NCBI GenBank assembly: GCA_963740315.1
Contig: CAVUDP010000004.1
Span: 896,001-960,000 of the forward strand
Origin: an uncultured cyanobacterium
Lineage (GTDB): Bacteria > Cyanobacteriota > Cyanobacteriia > Cyanobacteriales > Nostocaceae
Direction of reading: 5' to 3'
Length of the DNA: 64,000 nt
Shown here: in pieces, positions 59,056-64,000 of the stretch
Layout of the letters: each line of letters opens with the position of its first letter
Position numbering within the stretch: the first letter of the stretch is position 1
Program-made: the position numbers and the translations under genes
The notes under the pieces: model-generated
Told to the model about the DNA's origin: nothing
The model's database searches: none
Seen by the model: only the letters and a program-made list of their open reading frames with translations

Positions 59056-61137
59056 ATGGAATTTGACTTATCTCCCTTGTGGATTTCTCTTAAAACTGCT
59101 TTAGTCGCTACTGTTTTCGCCTTTTTTGCGGGAATTGCCGCAGCAGGTTGGATGAAGCAATATAAAGGCAAAGCTAGAGGAATAATTGATGGTATTTTAA
59201 CTCTGCCTTTGGTTTTACCGCCTACTGTAGTTGGGTTTTTGCTGCTGTTATTATTTGGCATTAATAGCCCGGTAGGACAATTTTTAATGCAGTTGGATAT
59301 TAGCGTTATTTTTTCATGGCAAGCAACTGTTATTACATCAACGGTAGTTGCTTTTCCTTTAATGTATAAGACTGTATTAAGCTCTTTTGAACATATCGAT
59401 CGCGATTTAATTAATTGCGCTCGTACTTTAGGTAGTTCTGAGTTTAAAATATTTTGGCTAATTATTTTACCTTTAGCTTATCCGGGAATTGTCGCGGGGA
59501 CAATTTTGGCTTTTGCAAGAGCTTTGGGGGAATTTGGCGCAACTTTAATGTTAGCTGGAAGTATACCCGGTAAAACTCAAACAATGCCGATCGCAATTTT
59601 TTTCGCTGCTGAAGCTGGCGATATGCGTAAAGCTTTAATTTGGGTTTTAATAATGGTGGCGATTTCTTTAGCTGTAATTGCTACTATTCACGTTTGGGAT
59701 GAATCGCAACGTATTTCTAAAAATAGAGATGGAAGTGCAAATTTAATTAGAAGTTTGATAAATTTTGTGATTTTTGAGCGGTTTGGGGATGTTGATTTTT
59801 TTGAGAAGCCAATATCTATAGATAAAAACCTGGCGATTATAAATCGCGGCTACACAAGCGAAACTCCTTCGGATTCACCACTCCCCTCAACGGAGGGAAC
59901 CTCCGCACGGGGGTGGATTCACCGCCTGCGCGGGTTAGGAATTAATAAGGTGAATGCAGGTATTTTTGCTTTTAGTGGTATTCCTTTCCCGCATAAAGAA
60001 TATAAACGGGAAGTATCTTCGCAGGAATTATTATATTCGTCTAATATTCAAACTTATAATAATTGTAGAAAAGAACTTATAGTTAATATTGAAAAGAATT
60101 TAAAAAGCTTTCAATTACAGGTTGATTTTACCGCAGATCGAAATACTTTAGGATTATTAGGTGCTTCTGGCTCTGGTAAAAGTTTGACTTTGCGCTGCAT
60201 TGCTGGATTAGAAAAACCGACTCGTGGAAGAATCGTTTTAAATGGAAGAATTCTATTTGATGCCAAACGCAAAATTAATCTTCCCAGTCGTAAACGTCGG
60301 ATTGGTTTTCTGTTTCAAAACTATGCTTTATTTCCACACATGACTGTAGCGCAAAATATTGGCTTTGGTTTGCAAGAAATACCAAAAGGCGATCGCATAT
60401 CAAGAGTAGGGCAATATATTGATATGATGCAGTTGCAAGATTTAGAAAACCGTTATCCACACCAAATATCCGGGGGGCAACAGCAAAGAGTAGCTTTAGC
60501 AAGGGCTTTGGTAATTGAACCGGAAGCGATATTATTAGATGAACCGCTTTCAGCACTCGATACTTATCTGCGTAACCAAATCGAAAAGTTGTTGAGAAAA
60601 GTGCTTTCTTCTTATCAAGGTGCAACCTTATTTATTACCCATAAATTAGAAGAAGCTTATCGGGTTAGTAATAATATTATGGTGATGTCAGAAGGGAAAG
60701 TAATTGCTAACGACACCAAAGAGAATATATTTGAGCGATCGGCAAATTTAGTAGTTGCCAAAGTGACTGAGTGTAAGAATATTTCTCGCGCTCAAATTGT
60801 TAGCGATCGTACAGTTAAAGCTGTGGATTGGAACTGTAATTTACAAGTAGTAGAACCGATTCCTAATAATTTAAAATACTTGGGAATACGCGCCCATCAT
60901 CTGACTTTTACTAACGATCCAAATCGCGAAAATACTTTTGCTTGTTGGGTTGCCGATATTAGTGAAACTCAGCATAGAGTAAGTGTTTATTTGAAGTTGA
61001 ATTATCCTTGTAGAGATTTGGAAGATTACGATTTACAAGTGGAAATTTATAAGGATAAATGGGTTTGTATTAAAGATAGACCTTTTCCTTGGTATGTGAG
61101 GTTGGAGCCGTTGCGGTTGATGTTGATGGAGTCATAA
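59056..61137 (+). CDS. modB: Fused molybdate permease and ATPase (ModB-ModC) with an expanded linker
   Basis: LPLVLPPTVVG, FARALGEFGAT; GASGSGKS, ISGGQQQRVALAR, LLDEP. Confidence 0.93.
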   Translation: MEFDLSPLWISLKTALVATVFAFFAGIAAAGWMKQYKGKARGIIDGILTLPLVLPPTVVGFLLLLLFGINSPVGQFLMQLDISVIFSWQATVITSTVVAFPLMYKTVLSSFEHIDRDLINCARTLGSSEFKIFWLIILPLAYPGIVAGTILAFARALGEFGATLMLAGSIPGKTQTMPIAIFFAAEAGDMRKALIWVLIMVAISLAVIATIHVWDESQRISKNRDGSANLIRSLINFVIFERFGDVDFFEKPISIDKNLAIINRGYTSETPSDSPLPSTEGTSARGWIHRLRGLGINKVNAGIFAFSGIPFPHKEYKREVSSQELLYSSNIQTYNNCRKELIVNIEKNLKSFQLQVDFTADRNTLGLLGASGSGKSLTLRCIAGLEKPTRGRIVLNGRILFDAKRKINLPSRKRRIGFLFQNYALFPHMTVAQNIGFGLQEIPKGDRISRVGQYIDMMQLQDLENRYPHQISGGQQQRVALARALVIEPEAILLDEPLSALDTYLRNQIEKLLRKVLSSYQGATLFITHKLEEAYRVSNNIMVMSEGKVIANDTKENIFERSANLVVAKVTECKNISRAQIVSDRTVKAVDWNCNLQVVEPIPNNLKYLGIRAHHLTFTNDPNRENTFACWVADISETQHRVSVYLKLNYPCRDLEDYDLQVEIYKDKWVCIKDRPFPWYVRLEPLRLMLMES
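59828..59937. repeat. GC-rich nested palindromic repeat inserted in frame in the modBC linker
   Basis: gcgatt/aatcgc and cggagg/cctccg stems; 9-bp direct repeat ggattcacc at 59871 and 59915. Confidence 0.7.
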
Positions 61138-61187
61138 ATTTGAGTTGTAATTATAATAATTATGCAGTTTATTTTTGCTACTAAATA

Positions 61188-61469
61188 ATGTTAATTAGCA
61201 ATCGAAATTTTTATGTAATTAAAGAAGCTATCTTCACAAATGAGCAAGGAAACTTAACATTAGGAGAAGCTGCTAAAACAAAAGTTTATCGAGTATTAAC
61301 TAACGATGCTGGACAGATTCTATTAGATCCTATAGATATGGAAAAAATTCCAGAAAAACAGCGATGGTTATGGCAAAATCCAGAAGCTTTGGGAATGGTA
61401 TTACAAGGTATTGAACAAGCAGCAAGAGGAGAAGTTCACGACTTAGGTTCATTTGCTGAATACGCATAA
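61188..61469 (+). CDS. Small AbrB-like putative antitoxin, possibly C-terminally clipped
   Basis: GNLTLG...YRV..N..GQILLDP...IPEKQRWLWQNPEAL..V..GIEQA..G...DLGSF pattern. Confidence 0.55.
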   Translation: MLISNRNFYVIKEAIFTNEQGNLTLGEAAKTKVYRVLTNDAGQILLDPIDMEKIPEKQRWLWQNPEALGMVLQGIEQAARGEVHDLGSFAEYA

Positions 61470-61670
61470 CCAACTTCAATGCTAGTTATAAATCTCGGAG
61501 TAGCTTCAGGTAAAGGAAATTCTTCAAGGTAGAGCCGTGTTGCTTCTTTAAGTCCAGCAACAGCTTTTTCAATGGTTTCACCTTGAAAAAGCCGTGCCAA
61601 CTTCCGGACATTCGGCAATGTACATATCTTCTTCCTTGTACACAATTACCGTAAAGCTACGAGTTTTCAT
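61436..61670 (-). pseudogene. hicB: Frameshifted HicB-family antitoxin
   Basis: ATG at 61670 gives MKTRSFTVIVYKEEDMYIAECPEVGTA; shift in the 5-nt run 61586-61590 continues QGETIEKAVAGLKEATRLYLEEFP. Confidence 0.8.
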
Positions 61671-61882
61671 CATTTTTTATCCTTCAACTCTTGAAACTCT
61701 AAAACCTTGGAATACAAACTTTCCACAGATTCCTTAGCAAAAAGCTCATCCTTAAGTTTAAGATAATCTCCACTCCCTAGATTGCACGCTGCCCAAAACC
61801 GCGCAACCTCGGATGGCTCCATGTTCAAGAAAAGAATCTGTAATCCCTTTTGTAAAATCTGTTGCTCGCTCTTATCTATCAT
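61670..61882 (-). CDS. Small hypothetical protein resembling antitoxin-like partners of PIN toxins
   Basis: M.PSEVARF....LGSGDYLKLKDELF..ESVESL; TGATG overlap with hicB. Confidence 0.55.
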   Translation of the reverse strand: MIDKSEQQILQKGLQILFLNMEPSEVARFWAACNLGSGDYLKLKDELFAKESVESLYSKVLEFQELKDKK

Positions 61883-61892
61883 TATTCCCCAC

Positions 61893-61979
61893 TCAATTGC
61901 TGTCTTGCCATGTTCCGGGCATTCTCACTACTGTTCCGGGAGGCAATTGAGTGTCTTGAGGGGAAATTACGACGTACAT
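61893..61979 (-). pseudogene. 28-codon N-terminal remnant of a Uma2-family endonuclease
   Basis: MYVVISPQDTQLPPGTVVRMPGTWQD resembles cyanobacterial Uma2 N-termini (recognised from memory), then stops. Confidence 0.6.
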
Positions 61980-62067
61980 GGGGTATTTGTTATTCTTTAT
62001 GAACCTTGATTAGAACTCTACATATTTAGTCAAAAATAGCGATCGGCAATAGAATAATACAAAAATA

Positions 62068-62931
62068 TTAATCAGTTCGCTCTTCCAACCAAGATTGCAA
62101 ATCATTTAAACTCGTAAAATCTAACAATGCTTCACTCAAATCTTCCAAAGCAGACACAGATAAAGCAGAAATTGAGGAGCGCATTTGCTCAGAAAGCGTT
62201 CCAAGGCGCTTAGTTAATTGTCGAGAAATAGCATTAGCCATCGCTTCTCGTATTTCTTCTCTTCCTTCTTCTCTTCCTTCTTCTTTAATTTCCCGATAAA
62301 CTCTTGTTTCTTTTAACGTAATACCTAGCATAGACTCTACCTCCCTTCGGCTAAGTTGTTCAAACTTGTAAACCATAATCGTCGTAACCATCTCTATTAT
62401 TACGCTACTCGCTGGTGATGGCACTTCTCGATCGGTTCTGGTTAACAAATATCTGGCTTCTTCTGGTGCTTGCTCTTCATCAATAGTAGTTAACACCATC
62501 AATGCTACCCATAAAGGTAGTTGACGAATATTTCCCAATTCATCTAAATAAACTCGATGCACTTGCCCACCGTTAAGAAATGAGCGATGGGGATAAATAT
62601 CACTTTGCTCGATGTTACGGGATGGATAAATTATTACTGCTTGCCAGTCGCTAAACTTGGCACGGTTGCGGTAAAAGTATAAGGAAGATTCTGCAAATAT
62701 CCGCTCATAAAGTTGTTCATCTTTTTGAAACTGTACTTCTGAGAAATAAACAACTCTATTACTTTCATTTTCTGGTGGCAGAAATACCCCATCAATTTCA
62801 AATTTTGGTTCTTTAACGGCTACGGAATCAAATCGATATGCTTCTGCATTTATTGGAGGATTTGTCAATAGTTCAAATAGTAAACTGGGAGATTGTTGAA
62901 AAAGCTTGTAGAAAATTGAATCGCGACGCAT
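62068..62931 (-). CDS. Rpn-family putative nuclease/transposase (DUF2887) with DUF4351 tail
   Basis: MRRDSIFY.LF, F.IDGVF.P, EVQFQ.D, EEGREEGREE, LEDL.EALLDF..L.DL..WL. Confidence 0.88.
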   Translation of the reverse strand: MRRDSIFYKLFQQSPSLLFELLTNPPINAEAYRFDSVAVKEPKFEIDGVFLPPENESNRVVYFSEVQFQKDEQLYERIFAESSLYFYRNRAKFSDWQAVIIYPSRNIEQSDIYPHRSFLNGGQVHRVYLDELGNIRQLPLWVALMVLTTIDEEQAPEEARYLLTRTDREVPSPASSVIIEMVTTIMVYKFEQLSRREVESMLGITLKETRVYREIKEEGREEGREEIREAMANAISRQLTKRLGTLSEQMRSSISALSVSALEDLSEALLDFTSLNDLQSWLEERTD

Positions 62932-63010
62932 GAATAGTTTTATTAAATTGATTTATAGTTAATTAATTAACGAAAAAGACGCGATGTATCGCGTCTCTAC
63001 ATTATTGTGA

Positions 63011-63292
63011 TTATTCGACTTTTACACCACGCCAAAAAGCGACATAATTTTCAAAGTGTTTCGCTTTTTCTTTGGCACTGGGATAATACCAAGCAGCGTC
63101 TTTGTTAACTTCTCCGTTAACTTCAATGTTGTAGTAATTAGCGGTACCTTTCCAAGGGCACATACTATGCTTATCGCTTTCTTTAAAGTATTCTTTCTTA
63201 ATTGAGTCTTCAGGAAAGTAATGATTTCCTTCTACGACAACGGTTTTATCGCTTTCGGCTAAAACTGTACCATTCCAAGTTGCTTTTGACAT
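63011..63292 (-). CDS. DUF427 family protein
   Basis: VEGNHYFP, CPWKG.A.YY, AAWYY, YVAFW. Confidence 0.92.
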   Translation of the reverse strand: MSKATWNGTVLAESDKTVVVEGNHYFPEDSIKKEYFKESDKHSMCPWKGTANYYNIEVNGEVNKDAAWYYPSAKEKAKHFENYVAFWRGVKVE

Positions 63293-63357
63293 AATCAGTG
63301 ACCAGTATTCAGTGACCAGTTAATTTTACCTAGTTAATGGTTTATTTTGTCATCTAT

Positions 63358-63672
63358 CTACGATTTATTCTTCAGTTTTCCTCGCCACTGCAAGCTATTA
63401 TGATTTAGCAGCTGAATGTATTCGTCTGGTTGGGAAATGATTGCTTTGGCTAGAGAAATTGCTTTTTCTAGTTGAGTTGCATTTAGCTGTTGGTATGCTG
63501 CTCCTTGACGTTTATCGAGAACATCGTACCAACAACAACCGAATATATTATCAAGAATTATTCTTTGAAAGCAGTGGTTAAATCGCACGGGAAACTTACG
63601 CTGTCTGGCAAGATTTGGAAGCACCTCGTTTGTGAGGTACAAATATTCTTGGCGTAGTTTTTCGATTGACAT
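63358..63672 (-). CDS. Conserved hypothetical protein
   Basis: Clean ORF abutting the phhB stop; PVRFNHCFQRIILDN motif. Confidence 0.7.
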   Translation of the reverse strand: MSIEKLRQEYLYLTNEVLPNLARQRKFPVRFNHCFQRIILDNIFGCCWYDVLDKRQGAAYQQLNATQLEKAISLAKAIISQPDEYIQLLNHNSLQWRGKLKNKS

Positions 63673-64000
63673 TTATTTTGATTTTGCAGCAATATCGTCT
63701 GTTTTAGCTGCCATGATAAAGTCATTGCGGTGTAAGCCTCCGATAGCATGAGTCCACCACATGACGGTAACTTTGCCATACTCGGTGAGTAAAGCCGGAT
63801 GATGTTCTTGATTATCCGCTTCTTCACCGATTTTATTGGTAAAGTTCAAAGCTGACTTGAAGTCTTTAAATTTGAAAACTCTTTCTAAACGCTTTTCCCC
63901 GTTTTCTTCTTTAACTTCCCATTCCGGAATTTCTGAATGGAGCTTGCTTATCTCTTCTTCTGTGACAGCAGGTGAATCACCAGTACAGGCATCACATTTC
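63673..64000 (-). CDS. phhB: Pterin-4-alpha-carbinolamine dehydratase, 5' end outside the window
   Basis: Manual translation KCDACTGDSPAV...FKFKDF..ALNF...EHHPALLTEYGKVTV.WWTHAIGGLHRNDFIMAAKTD. Confidence 0.92.
   Translation of the reverse strand, partial: KCDACTGDSPAVTEEEISKLHSEIPEWEVKEENGEKRLERVFKFKDFKSALNFTNKIGEEADNQEHHPALLTEYGKVTVMWWTHAIGGLHRNDFIMAAKTDDIAAKSK

Noticed and set aside
63558..63827. 89-aa ORF listed in the track
   Set aside because: Alternative frame overlapping phhB (63673..>64000), which has clear family motifs

Overview
AT-rich chromosomal window from a filamentous, probably Nostocales-type cyanobacterium (inferred from abundant HIP1 GCGATCGC sites, STRR heptamer/octamer arrays, REP/MITE-like palindromes, ndhA-I-G-E and a PatA-type chemosensory operon). 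In order: radC; a ~19 kb minus-strand Wzx/Wzy exopolysaccharide cluster (wzc, wzx, GT2, GT4, wzy, two NRPS-like genes, GT4, WecG/TagA, Tat-exported GH10 hydrolase, priming glycosyltransferase); purK and 6S RNA; an M16 peptidase pair; a peptidoglycan-binding protein; a CHAT-AAA_35 / AAA_35-GUN4 gene pair; housekeeping genes (NAD kinase, ndhEGIA, gltA, sixA, DHH, HNH, alr, tRNA-Leu); a chemosensory cluster with a dual-Cys cyanobacteriochrome MCP and a second Cys-less GAF MCP; modA and modBC; a decayed toxin-antitoxin scar; Rpn, DUF427 and partial phhB. The best candidate for an undescribed system is the pair of duplicated half-C/A/T/TE enzymes inside the EPS operon. Their A-domain cores differ (manually read codes suggest a Lys-like and a Val-like substrate), which points to thiotemplated amino-acid decoration of the polysaccharide. 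All calls come from reading the sequence and motifs; no database searches were run.
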